This document shows, piece by piece, positions 23,027 through 34,446 of a stretch of 64,000 nt of DNA. The stretch is from Trypanosoma brucei (Eukaryota): positions 288,001 to 352,000 of the forward strand of contig CP000067.1 in NCBI GenBank assembly GCA_000002445.1, read 5' to 3'. Numbering within the stretch: the stretch's first letter is position 1; every line of letters begins with the position of its first letter. A program made the position numbers and the translations under genes. The notes below the pieces were generated by a model that saw only the letters and a list, made by a program, of their open reading frames with translations, was not told the DNA's origin and made no database searches.

Positions 23027-24118
23027 CTACACTTCGTCCTCAACGACACAGTGCTCCAGTGAGTAGGGTTGTACATTGCAGTTTCCACCGCACGTGTATA
23101 CCAACACGCTCCCAAAATGAAGAGAATGATCCTTCTCCTCTTTTCCCTTAGTCAAAAAATAAATGATTGGGGACGTGAGCTGTAGTTCGTACCGTCTTTC
23201 ATTCGAGCAACGGGGGCATCTCGGGATAACTATCGGAGCTGGGGAAGAGCGCAGCGGCTTTTGGCCGGGCCCCCATCGGACACACTGAGAAGGAACCCTA
23301 CCTATTCGGTCCACATACTTCCTCAGAAGTTTTTCCGCCAAAGGTTCATCTTCATCCTCGACCACGGTTGTTTCCACAGCATCTTCGCCGTACGTCTGTT
23401 GCGCCTTGAGCAACTGATCTGGGACAGTGCCGTAGCATAGCTTCGGTTTGGGTGGTTCTTCAAATATATTGAGCACGAAACACGGATAGCAAAAACCCTC
23501 AACAGGAACTTTTGTCCCGTGGGGCACAAGAACCGAAGAGACATCAGTGGATTGAGTTGGCGAGCCCACCTTACATTCATCCGCCATCGTCGTACAGGTT
23601 AGGTTTGTAATGCATACTTCATTGGGACCCTCGTCCACGTATTTAGGATCATCATCACCCCAGTCACCATCTTCTACAAATGTAATGCCCTCATCTTCCC
23701 CACCGCCAACAACAGGGGCAGGTGAAGACTGGACATAAGATGGGTTGAAGTTCTGTGAACGGACTGCAAAGCAGAAACTACCTTTTCCTTCGCTGCAGGA
23801 AGAGCAAATAAGCACGTACACTATACGGTCGTACACATCCAGGGGTGCATATATTTGTGTCAGCAGTGATACCCACCGGGAACTCCTACATTTAGGACAG
23901 TTGAAAATGCTATAGGTTGGTGCCTCTCGAAACAAAACAGCTGAACCACCAATCCTTGACGTGAACGGTGAGGAAAGTTCACTTCCATCCGCCTCTGTTG
24001 GTGTACCAAGCCAGACAACTTCCTTCTTTGCCATCCTAACTTTCGTTGCGCGTACGTACAATCGTTCCAACAAGTGTAAAACAAAAACAACCCGCGTGGA
24101 CTCAAGCAGAGAAAACAA
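23027..24118 (-). CDS. PDCD2-like protein (programmed cell death protein 2 C-terminal domain)
   Basis: C-terminal 'CPRCSNERRYELQL...FGSVLVYTCGGNC' matches the PDCD2_C signature. The true start is probably the internal Met at 'MAKKEVVWLG' (about 24034), not the first ATG of the ORF. Confidence 0.7.
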   Translation of the reverse strand: MFSLLESTRVVFVLHLLERLYVRATKVRMAKKEVVWLGTPTEADGSELSSPFTSRIGGSAVLFREAPTYSIFNCPKCRSSRWVSLLTQIYAPLDVYDRIVYVLICSSCSEGKGSFCFAVRSQNFNPSYVQSSPAPVVGGGEDEGITFVEDGDWGDDDPKYVDEGPNEVCITNLTCTTMADECKVGSPTQSTDVSSVLVPHGTKVPVEGFCYPCFVLNIFEEPPKPKLCYGTVPDQLLKAQQTYGEDAVETTVVEDEDEPLAEKLLRKYVDRIGRVPSQCVRWGPGQKPLRSSPAPIVIPRCPRCSNERRYELQLTSPIIYFLTKGKEEKDHSLHFGSVLVYTCGGNCNVQPYSLEHCVVEDEV

Positions 24119-24214
24119 AAGTTTAGTTGAGCTAGCAAATTAAAAATGGTTTTGTTCACTAAAAGAATAACCGCGTGATATAGCTTTAACAACATAAGCA
24201 CTAATATTTCCTCC

Positions 24215-24826
24215 CTAAAAAAATTCGAGCAGCGATGCTGTCAGCCACCCGCTGCCGTATGCTTCTCTCAGGTAATACGACGAATTATAGGGGCACTGGG
24301 CAACTACATCACCAATTGTGCATGTCCTAAGAGGAAACAACTCCCTTTGCGGAGAAGCGCCATCACCGGTGGTTACTATGCCATTGCTAATCGACGTTTC
24401 ATGAAACTCAGCGCAAATCCTTTCTGTACATTTCCTAAACACAAGAAGTGGATTCCTGACCCCCCGTCGACGATCCGACCTAGCACCAAAGCACTTCGAA
24501 TCCAATTCGTTCATGAGTAGTTGAAGTTTTTCGGTATGATTCGCCTGAACGAACCCGATATCTAGATCAGCGTCCCATAGTAGCAGCCTCCCCAGACGCG
24601 CGGACCCGAGGAGCGTACCATTCTGCAACCAGCAGTCTACGCTATTTGACCTGAACACTTGTAGTGAGCAGTTAAGGACGTTCTGAAACGCTGCCTCTCT
24701 GTCATAGTAAACATTGTAGCAAAAATCTACGGTCACACTTATTACATATACTAACAACACGAACACAATTGCACGTACCCATGATACTCCAATTCCTCCC
24801 CCTTCCTTTCGATGAACATCCACCAT
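24215..24826 (-). CDS. LicD-family (fukutin/FKRP-like) phosphotransferase, type-II membrane topology
   Basis: 203 aa: N-terminal TM anchor, then 'DCWLQNGTLLGSARLGRLLLWDADLDIGF', the LicD nucleotidyl/phosphotransferase signature (GTLLG...WD.D.DI). Confidence 0.65.
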   Translation of the reverse strand: MVDVHRKEGGGIGVSWVRAIVFVLLVYVISVTVDFCYNVYYDREAAFQNVLNCSLQVFRSNSVDCWLQNGTLLGSARLGRLLLWDADLDIGFVQANHTEKLQLLMNELDSKCFGARSDRRRGVRNPLLVFRKCTERICAEFHETSISNGIVTTGDGASPQRELFPLRTCTIGDVVAQCPYNSSYYLREAYGSGWLTASLLEFF

Positions 24827-26057
24827 TTGATTTGGTGGCGAGTGATATCAGATCTTGACGTCGAGCTAATGAGACTCAGTACGAAAAAAGTGCACGCAAC
24901 CTTTGTTTTCGTGGCAATGACAAAAGGTTCAAGTACCTTTAATGTGCGTAAAGAAGTTTTTTATAAAAAACTAAATTCATTTTTTGAAGCCCCACCAATC
25001 GGAACCCATCCACTCCTTCAATACTAACCACAGTGAAGTACTGGGATGTTATCGTGCAAAATAAAAAGGGTTGTGCATACGTGCTTATGCAACATAATTG
25101 ATTTCGTTCCACCCCCGTGTCAGATTTTCCTGGTTAGCACCTCCAACGTTTTGCTGGTACCTTTAAACGACAAATCTGTTTAGACAACATAGGAAAAGGC
25201 AAAGGAGTGAAAAGAAAACGTTAAAGGTGCCGCTGAAGGTTTGCACCACCTCAAAAAAACAAATAAATAAATAAAACGACGGTGGGGTAGAGAAGCGACT
25301 GCTGGTGGCGTAAACGGTGGATGCTGCAACCTCCGAAAAATGGCATATCTCTCTCAGGTCGTGGAGAGCAAACCATTCAACTAGAATGGCGAAAAGGAAG
25401 CACGGCAGACAAGTGCGCTTCTTCAAATCGCACGCACGCACGCACCATCACAGTGAAAAGGGGTATATGACACCTTTAGTTGGCTTCATGAACCAATGTA
25501 CAAATATTAGTAATACCATGTCCGAAAAATACAAGTCGCATTGCGCAATCAAACCGACGACGGGTTTGAGAAAGATGTGCCTTCAAGTAGTTGGTAAAAG
25601 GAGGGAAAGTTCGTACACACAAGCGAATGTGAGAGAGCCGCAATAATGGTTTCCCCGCTCTTCTGTTATTACACCGCCTGAATGAGACATTGTCCCTTCC
25701 CATCACCCTCAACAAGTTGATTACACCCATGGCACCAAATCTCCGCGTTGTGGAAACACGCGGCACGCCCATAATAAGCAGGCAAACTCACTACCACCCC
25801 ACACACATTTACGTCATTGGGAAGTTCTTGGCGCTCAACTTGGCTTGGGTGACAGATACAGCATTTTTTCTCTAGTTTCAGCGGCATAAAAATGGTTAGC
25901 TGCGGTTGAGCAGGACGTCAACAATCGTTAAATTCGGTGAATGGATCCTCCCCACCACCCCACCACCAAAAGGGAAAAAATGCAATCACGCGCAAACACG
26001 GCAAATCATAAAAACGCACTGAGGGGCCGCTTGATCATTAGGTAACCACACATTTGC

Positions 26058-26059
<2 letters not shown>

Positions 26060-26088
<29 letters not shown>
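26060..26088. repeat. (AC)14 microsatellite
   Basis: Perfect dinucleotide run. Confidence 0.95.
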
Positions 26089-29000
26089 CAAAATGGCACC
26101 ATCCTTAAAGTGAGGCGGAAGGGTAAGGGACATTTTCACCTTCCCATCAATCACTTAAAGCGACATAAGTGGCAGTAAGTGTGGCAACTTCAAGGGAAAA
26201 GGCAGTCCAAGTTGACAAGAGAAGGCAACATTATCCCAGCGGATATTCAACAAAATGTGAGATGCTGGGTTCTATCTAGTAAGCAGAACGGCATCTTACC
26301 CCTTCCTTTGAAGGGTGAACCCACATAATTAAACAAAGAGAAAAAGAAAATATCTGAACAAAAAACCAACGTACTCACTTATAAGTGTATATTGTAGCTT
26401 GAATGAAGACAGTGAGGCGCAGCACTCGATAAAGAATAAAATTTTGTTGTCAACCGTTCGCCGCAGTGAAAGATCACATAAAGGAAATACAGTGCGGGAA
26501 TCACCGCAAAACTTTCCAGAGTCCGTCTTCATCCTTCAAATCAACCTCCATAAAGACGACGAGTTGGAACAGCAAATTCCGAGCCGCTACAACCTCCAGC
26601 CGACGTAGTGCAAAACTGTGAAGCTCTCACATATTTAGCCGACGATCCAATCCTGTTTTTTTCTCTTTTCACACACTGCTGCATTCAAAAGTAGAAAGCG
26701 AGCAGAACAATTTGAACTTAAAAAACGGGGAAGCTAGGCTGTGACATATATCCCACAGCTGTGATCACCCAACTCCCAGCGCTGGGGATAAAACTGGAAA
26801 GTTAATCAGGGAAACAAACGAATGCATCAGACGCTCCTACAGGAAAAAAAAAGATCTGACTCATTCTAATTGACCCAGAAGCGCAAAAGGTTATAGTATC
26901 GCTGCTGTGAAGAGTAGCTTCATCACCACAACCGTCGCGTGGCATCAGCAACCCCTAACACCACATTACAGCAACTGTTACACGGTTTTTTAAAAAAAAA
27001 TCGTACCGTTAAGGGTACCAGCCTAAACAAAGACGTAAAAGCGTCCCTAATAGCATCGATTATTGAAAATGCTGAGTGAAAAATGTGCCTCACGTACCAA
27101 AGCAGTGCGTAAGCTCTTCTTATGCACAACTCAACCCAAGCCTTTCGGGGTCAAGGAAGTTTTTTTCTTGGATGGCCGTATGTACAGCCCAGCACTCGAG
27201 GGAAGCGCAGTCCGCGCAAAGGTAGTAAGGCATTGGGGTGGTGAACCCTCAAAAATGAAATTCCAGCGCATCACTACGAACGCATAGTCAAGCGTTCGGA
27301 ACCCTTGTACAAAACCAAACATCAAAAAGAGTTGCTGATGCAAATGGCGTACAAGTGAGGGCGCTCACAGAAGTTGTTAGCGCCTGCACCACTGTCACCC
27401 CCTCCCCTTCCCATCTCTCCATATGTCGGGTCAGTTATGTGCTTACCGATGGGCAAAACGGTTGAATAATAAGCAACAAACCGTAGTAACCTTCATTTTG
27501 ACTTCAACACAAAAACATTCTTGGCTTTCGCAGATATCCCCGCTCCAAGAGGATTGAAAGGACCGCACATACAACTGAACCTCCAAACAGCCAAAAGGGG
27601 GAAAGTCACCGGCACAACCTAACATCCACCACGCAAGAAGGATACAGAAGTGCCACGTCACAAAAATCAGTACATTCACTACACTAATACCTTCGCTTCG
27701 GACTGGTTACAACCAGTTCGCCGCGAGATAGGGCGCTACTGGATGAAGCTCGCAACCCCTTCACACCTCGCCCACAAAAGTCCAGGATACTTTACAGCAC
27801 ATTGTATGGTCCCCTTCAACGGCGACGACCACGACTGCATTGCACAATTTTGACGGATGGTTTTAAAAAAACAAGCGGAAGAAACAGGGGAATGTGCACA
27901 TACGATCCAACAAAGAACGTAGTAGCAGAATCAGGCTCACGAATTTCATCCTTGCAGCATCTTGCCGCTCCGGAAACCATATAAACAGTAACTTGAAAAC
28001 ACATTTCCACTACTACGCATACACAGAAAATAATGTGTGGTGCGCCGCGGAAGAACGTGCACGCCGACACATAGCAGATGCATCAATAAAGCAAACTAAG
28101 ACCAAATAACACAGGTTCAAACGGTTACATTGGTCGCATCACAAAGTAGCACTGGTAGCCGGTACAAATGCTAACAATGCCCAAACTTCTCAACGAATCA
28201 ACAAGTTATGTCCCTTCGTTGTTGAAAGAATCACATGATCATAAACACACAAGTACGTTTCCACAACCTACCTTCTCCCAGTCCACAAGACAAATAACGG
28301 ACTGAACAGTCCACTATGATGTCCCTTATTACTTTTTTTTCTTTAAAAAAATGACAAAGAACAGTTCTTCTGTCATAGTGTTGCTCCCAGAAAGTCCCAT
28401 TGAACACATGGGGTGGTAGAACACACGTAACCTCATTACCACTCGTGGTGTGGTACCTACATTGTACCCAATATGCAGATCGGTTATCAGAATCAGTTAA
28501 TCACACCAACACTGCAATTCTTTCCGCGAGTACCGACACATGTTATTCGAAGTGACGGCGTGATGTCAGCGACACGTGGCGACGGCGGTGCCGTAACCCC
28601 AGCGCCTGCTTCATGGCCAACATAAATAAGTTCCTGGTAATAGCTGGTTAAGACCTATTGCACCAACTATGTCGAATTACCGCCCAAGACTTAAAAACCG
28701 CGGCAGCTGAAGGAGGGAATGACACAGAATGGGTCAGGAAGCGGGAGAGAAATGATGATATTCACCTCCCCTACTTCTATTTGCAAAGCTTTAAAAAAAA
28801 CTCTACTATTCTCCATCCACCTCATAGCTGAGGTTGAGACCCTCAAATGAATTTCCACAGAAACACACACACACACCCGAAACCTTCTGTAACCCACCGC
28901 ACCAAACCATCATTGGGATCTCCGCTTCCGACTCTTTGCATGGATCAAGTGCAGGAAGATACATTACCAAGGAAAGAACACAAACGTAACTAGCACTACA

Positions 29001-29913
29001 AAAAAAAAAACTAACCTAATGAGGAGGGGCACAATGGAAGAAAATGCCCTGAAAGGACCGTGACACTTCGCCAGCACCATGGAAATCAAGCACGATTCTT
29101 CCAATCGCTTATAAAGGCACGAGTTTGACCACTCGCGTTTAACCTGGAATAGCAGAAGCCAGCAATCACTGTGTTCCAGATGGGGACCGTTATCCAGGCA
29201 TCGCAAGGCGGACCCGCTGCAACAGATACTTCTGTAAGACTAGGAAATATTCAAACAGAGAAATAGGTGAGGAAAACTGTATTTGTTCGAGGTGAAAAAA
29301 AACTCCCAGGAGCATCTGCCAACAAACACACGGGTGTGGAGTTCGGTGTAATCGCCCCCTGATGGTGGCGGGGGCGGCGTACCCTTAGAGGGGCTAAGTT
29401 CACGCGCAAGATGGGAACGCAGCCAAATATGCTTAAAAGCAGGTACAGTCACTCGCTTCAATGGGGGTGATAGCCTCGGACGGCGCGGTAGAACCCGAGT
29501 GGACACACTTCTGAGGCCACACCATCCTCACCACGTTACATCCGAATGCGGTGCTGGAACTTGCTTCGCCCGCGAATTTTATTGAAGGCACAGTGTCTTT
29601 CCAACGGGGAAAGAGGTTACCTCTGATGAGAGGATGTGTGAAATCACCGCCACACTCTATCTCCAAACGGCATTGGGGAAAAATTGGAAAGGTGGCGGAA
29701 ATAACTGCAGGGCCCTCTCCCGAAAAGGAAGAAAAAAGTCGCCATTAGCGCTTCCTACGACAAAATGTGAAAGCTTTGTACATCTTTATGAAGGATTGGA
29801 AAGAAAAACGAGGGGAAGTATTTTAGAACACACTCCGTCACTGACGAAAGCGGAAACCCCAGGGCGAGGCCGACACCTCGTCACTCACCCTTCCCACTAG
29901 ATGCGGAAAAAGC

Positions 29914-29985
29914 GGGCCGTTGCGGGAATCGAACCCGCGGCCTCCTGTACCCGAAACAGGAATCATGCCACTAGACCAAACGGCC
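29914..29985 (-). tRNA. tRNA-Pro (anticodon CGG)
   Basis: Reverse complement 'GGCCGTTTGGTCTAGTGG...CCTGT-TTCGGGT-ACAGG...GGGTTCGATTCCCGC-AACGGCC' gives a 72-nt cloverleaf with a 7-bp acceptor stem, a T-loop 'GTTCGATTCC', and anticodon loop 'uuCGGgu'. Confidence 0.85.
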
Positions 29986-30075
29986 ACCGCGTCAGGGGCG
30001 ATAATTAATATACTTCTGGGTGCCACCTAAATTTCCACGTTCAGTCGTTGTTGACATTTGTTCAGGTGAGGCGAT

Positions 30076-30235
30076 GCCGGCCACCTCAACGTGGTGCCAT
30101 GGTCCAGTACCCCGTATCATCGGGGGAAGCCAAGAGCCAGCAGCATTCCTTTCATGGGGAACAATGCTTTGCTTTTGCAACGGCACCGAGCAGCACTGAG
30201 ATGAGCCGCGCCGTGATGGAGAACATTTTTTTTTT
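30076..30235 (+). ncRNA. Candidate Pol III small RNA, copy A (about 155 nt; unassigned; 5' end has an SRP-RNA/Alu-domain-like flavour)
   Basis: It starts about 90 bp downstream of the divergent tRNA-Pro (29985), which is the tRNA-dependent Pol III arrangement typical of trypanosomatid U6/7SL/U3-type genes. It ends in T10 (30226-30235). It carries a conserved 10/11-bp hairpin ('agcagc(g/a)ttcc-tttcatgg-ggaaca(c/a)tgct'). The 5' 100 nt are almost identical to copy B. Confidence 0.55.
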
Positions 30236-31467
30236 GTAGAGCCCTGGGCACGTGTTCTCGTGCTATCGGCAGTTTGTTCTATGAATCACTGATTTGTTTC
30301 CGTTGGACTGATAAGTGTTCATGAGGCAATTTTCACCTTGCAGTGGCAGCTGTAGTCTCTCGACTGAGTGAAAGATGTGTGTGAGTTTGTCGTCCGAAGC
30401 GAAAAGGTGATGTAGTTGGCGGCGCTTAATGAAATAGCTGCGGTGCTGTTGACTGTTCCTCATGCGTGGAACGGGCGTAAAGCGGCATTTAAGAGGGTGC
30501 TGCATGTTTGATGTGTTTTCACTTCCGGAATAATTCGGTGGTGGCGTAGACGTACTACTATGTTTGTTGCAGCGGCCGTAGCGCTGAGTTATTGCACCGG
30601 TCAAGAAGTAGAACTAGAGCACGGGGAAAATGAAAAACCAGTAGTTTTGTGCTCAGGCGTATACCCAAAGTGTTCCGTATGTGTTGAGTAGGATAAACGG
30701 AGAAAAAAATGGATGAGAGCGTGGCGTTCACCAGAGTGGGTGCAATTAGAGGGTCCCCGAACTAACGGTTAAAAAATATATCACTTTTCCAGGTTGTCAC
30801 AGGAGTTTTGTCACATGAGCCCGCTATGTGCAGCCCCTAAGCATCAAGGGAAGAATCTTTGTAAGTATAGGAACACCGATCGTAATAAATGGGCGCAGAG
30901 ACTGCCGGTGTTGTTGAGTTCTAGATTAAGGTAAACACAAGTTTTTAATTCCGAGCACGAAGTGTGTTGTAATTGAAGGGTATGTATCATTTATAGTGTG
31001 TGCTACTGGGTGTTTCTCACGCACAAGAAATACTTTGTTGATACCACAAAATCAAGAATACTGTAGTCTTTTTCCTCACGGAATGTAGAAAAATCGAAGG
31101 TGAATGCAAGGTCGTCACTTTAGCGTATACAATGGTTTCATCTCATTTTTTATCTTTCTTTTACTGACCTGGAAATAACGCTTTTGTTACCCCGGAGTCA
31201 GATGATAGGTGGGCCTTTCAGGGAGACGGGGAACAAATACAATGCAAGTGGAGATGACAAGGGTGTGGTAGATGAATGATTCGCAATATGGGGGGAACTT
31301 GCGGTAAATTTACTATCTCTTGTACAGGTGTTGGTTGTATGATCGTACTTAGTATTGTGGAAGTGTTTTTTTTTCACCATTGTTTTGTACGTGTTGTATC
31401 TGTTGTTGTTGGGTGGTAAAGTGTTTATATTTTGTTTTTTGTGTGTTTGGGTAGGGAATTGTAGGTA

Positions 31468-32463
31468 ATGAAAGTCAAGATTATAGAATGGTTGGTCTTC
31501 CTATCTTTTGTTATTTATACCGAAGGGGCCGAAGACGAAGGTCGCTGCAGACTGGTAGATGATCATTCTTTTAAAAATTTACATGAATCCGTATGCTATC
31601 TCAGCTGCCTTTCGGATGCACTAAACAAATTATACACCAATGGAGAGAGGAAGTTGCTTGTGAATGAGGAAGTATATGCGAACGCATCTCGTATATTGGA
31701 TGATATGGAAGGGAGAGCAGGTGAAAGTGTCAAATATTTGAGTGTTATTAGTGATGCAATGGGAGGGAAACATGATAAATTGGAAAAACTTATATCTTAT
31801 GGAAATACAATGGGAGACCTGGTGGCTAAGGTAGGTGGATTATTTGCTGATGTTAATGAAAGTGTGAGGGTGGTGAGAGAGCTGTTGCCCACTGCCCTCA
31901 TGGAAGCAAATAGATACTATACGGCCAGTGCAGAAATTACAAGGACTGTGTGGGATGATGTTAAGGCGGTAGAGGGCAGCGACGAGGAAGCTGCAAAGTG
32001 TAAAGGAGAAAACATTGGTGTTACAGAGTTCCCGACGACTTGTGGCAACCACACATGTCCTTTGAGAGATAATGTAAGTGACGATACTCTTCAAAAGTAT
32101 AAGGACGGGTGCCTTGAAATAAATGTGCTGAAGACTCCCGGATATGTAAGTGAATGCTTGAACCGACCAAGGAACAAATTGTACATGGATGGTGCGGTAA
32201 ATAATTTGAGCGACACAATAAAGTGGAGAGGGGAGAGTCGAGACGGAGCCATTTTTTTCCAGCTGACGGTCCAAGTACAAAATGTCTTTGGTCCCCTTAT
32301 CGGACCTTTTTCCGCCGGGCAGCCCCCTCCCGTACTTCTTGAAGTAATGTCAAATATCACCTCTCTTCACTCCCACTTTAACAAGGTGCATAACAACTTC
32401 ACGTCGCTGCTATTCGACATTGATGTTGCTGGTAATGTTACCACCGCTAATTCTTCCATCTGA
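31468..32463 (+). CDS. Putative secreted/surface glycoprotein (signal peptide; helical N-terminal part; Cys-rich; about 9 N-glycosylation sequons)
   Basis: 331 aa, and the only long ORF in the AT-rich island. Hydrophobic N-terminal signal 'MKVKIIEWLVFLSFVIYTEG'. A T/G-rich tract with an AG lies just upstream (31370-31467), a plausible + strand trans-splice acceptor. It runs opposite to the surrounding transcription unit. No family assignment. Confidence 0.4.
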   Translation: MKVKIIEWLVFLSFVIYTEGAEDEGRCRLVDDHSFKNLHESVCYLSCLSDALNKLYTNGERKLLVNEEVYANASRILDDMEGRAGESVKYLSVISDAMGGKHDKLEKLISYGNTMGDLVAKVGGLFADVNESVRVVRELLPTALMEANRYYTASAEITRTVWDDVKAVEGSDEEAAKCKGENIGVTEFPTTCGNHTCPLRDNVSDDTLQKYKDGCLEINVLKTPGYVSECLNRPRNKLYMDGAVNNLSDTIKWRGESRDGAIFFQLTVQVQNVFGPLIGPFSAGQPPPVLLEVMSNITSLHSHFNKVHNNFTSLLFDIDVAGNVTTANSSI

Positions 32464-34446
32464 CAAATATGTTCATATACATTTCCTCCTACCCAATAAT
32501 GTGTTTGCATACATGCTTTTATGCGCGTTCGCACGCGTCCATGTTCTTATTTTTTTTCAGACATGTTGTGTTTCCACGGAAAAAAGTCCAAACCTTGTGA
32601 AGTGGTAATGTTATAACGTCTCAAATACTTGTATTTACAGTGTGCGTGTACAAAACAAGTTCTTTCCTGTAGCTTATCTTTCAGAGCTTGTTTGTTATTA
32701 TAAGAATTGCTAAAGTTTGTAAGGTATGAAATTGAAGCATTGGTAGTGGTAGTGTCTCTTGGCTGCCGCGTTACGATGTTTCCTCTGGGGTCATAGCGTG
32801 GATGTGTTTCCCGCGTGGGATCATACCATGAGGAAGCATCGTAAACATATGGGTAACACCTTCTTCTACGTTTCCGGTACCATCCCTAACTGTTTTCGAG
32901 GAACGCCGATGCAAGAAGTAGCAGTTTTTAGCTGCCCTGTCTAAATGTGTTGAAAGCGATGCATTGGCTAAATGACTGTGGACGGTGGGTTGGAGAACGA
33001 TGAACATGGTTGGTAAAGGGGGCTTGGAGTGCCTCCTGAGCGAGCTGACAAGTCTGGATATTTCGCTAAGTGTATCGATAGAATCCAAGACAGTTTTCGG
33101 GGAGAGGTATATCTAGTCTCTTTTCCAAGCTAGAAGAATTTGAAAATGAAAAAGACAATTACTACGCGTACAAATGTACATAAAAGGAACAGTCGTTCGA
33201 TTCTTCCTGTTTCTTTCCTCAACGTAAAAGCAATGGATCTTATTGACGTCACACTTATGTGGGGAAATCATTATTCAGGTGCTGCCGTTGGTATCTCTCA
33301 GGTATGTTCGTGGAAGTTGGAAGAACGATGCAGTAGAAAAGAGTGGTTTATAACGGCATTGCATTGTGAGCGATGTAGCCAAGTTTTGTACTTAAAAGGC
33401 GATGTGAGGTATCACCCATACCTCCGTAGCAGCCTTTTATGCTAGTTTACCGCATTTGAACGTGGTCTCATAGCTGTGGCGGAAGGGAGGGCAATCTGTT
33501 GGCACAAATGGGAAAATGTTGCCATTCTCTTGCTAATATTCTGTTTTCCCATTAAGCTCATTCATGAAGGCGAGACCCACGTCGTATTTATTATTATGTC
33601 CGAAACGAAGCATAAGACTAATTTTTTATCTATCATTCAAATCTTCCACGCACCAAGAGCTGGCAATGGTTCTACCCCATTTTTTTTTTTGTTGTTGTGG
33701 CCCAAGCCTTGAAAGCCTTTTCGAAATCACACCGTGCAGGAGGAAACCCTTCATTTCATCCACCACTATTTTCGTTTTGAGCTGGGTGAGTTCCACTTTA
33801 AGCGTCAAATACAGGAGGCAACTTTGTCATAATCTTCTGCCGTTGCTGCGCCGTTTCGCGTAAAGTTACGGCAGGATTTCCCTTTGTTTTCTTAATGCTA
33901 CCATGCAAGATTGAAACATTATGTTTAATCGTAAGTGAAAAGACGTCAAACTTATGATCCGCAAGGCAAATTTCACTGTGCGCCAGTCTGTTAATATTGA
34001 CTATACAAGAAACACTCGTTAGAACCATAGGCGTAAGTACAGTATTAATGTAACAACTAAGAGCTATTAATAGCACCCAGAGCCCTCGGAAAGATTGAGG
34101 TCAGAAACCTATCCGCCGAAAAAAACACTCCGCATCCCAAAGCAATGTAAAAAAAAAAAAAAACATTTTCCGTATTCGTTTTTTTTTCCAGAGCATTCCA
34201 TTTTAGGCATGTTTCGCGGTCATTTTGTCTCGCATGCGACTCCGAACGGCCTCACGTCACCTCCTCAAGGATAAGTTGTCTAATTGGCGGTGGTTACGTA
34301 TTTTAGTTTCGCCTCTTCTCGCCACTCAGAACAAGCGATACTTGAAAGTGTGGGATGCCAAACAGTAGATGACAACCAATGGCATCCGTAGCGTCCTTCA
34401 GTATTCGGCGTTGGAGAGTTCCACTCTCCCATGCCCCTGTGGTTAT

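Noticed and set aside
29838-30186. Short minus-strand ORFs (62 and 64 aa) sharing 'MIRGTGPWHHVEVAGI', also seen at 34303-34491
   Set aside because: The shared peptide is just the translation of the conserved small-RNA repeat and the tRNA-Pro on the opposite strand. They are not protein genes.
30076-30235. Considered calling copy A the 7SL/SRP RNA gene outright
   Set aside because: It is about 155 nt, against about 270-280 nt for trypanosomatid 7SL. A T10 terminator cuts it short. The tRNA partner I associate with 7SL is tRNA-Arg. The SRP-like strings may reflect shared ancestry or chance, so it is left as unassigned.
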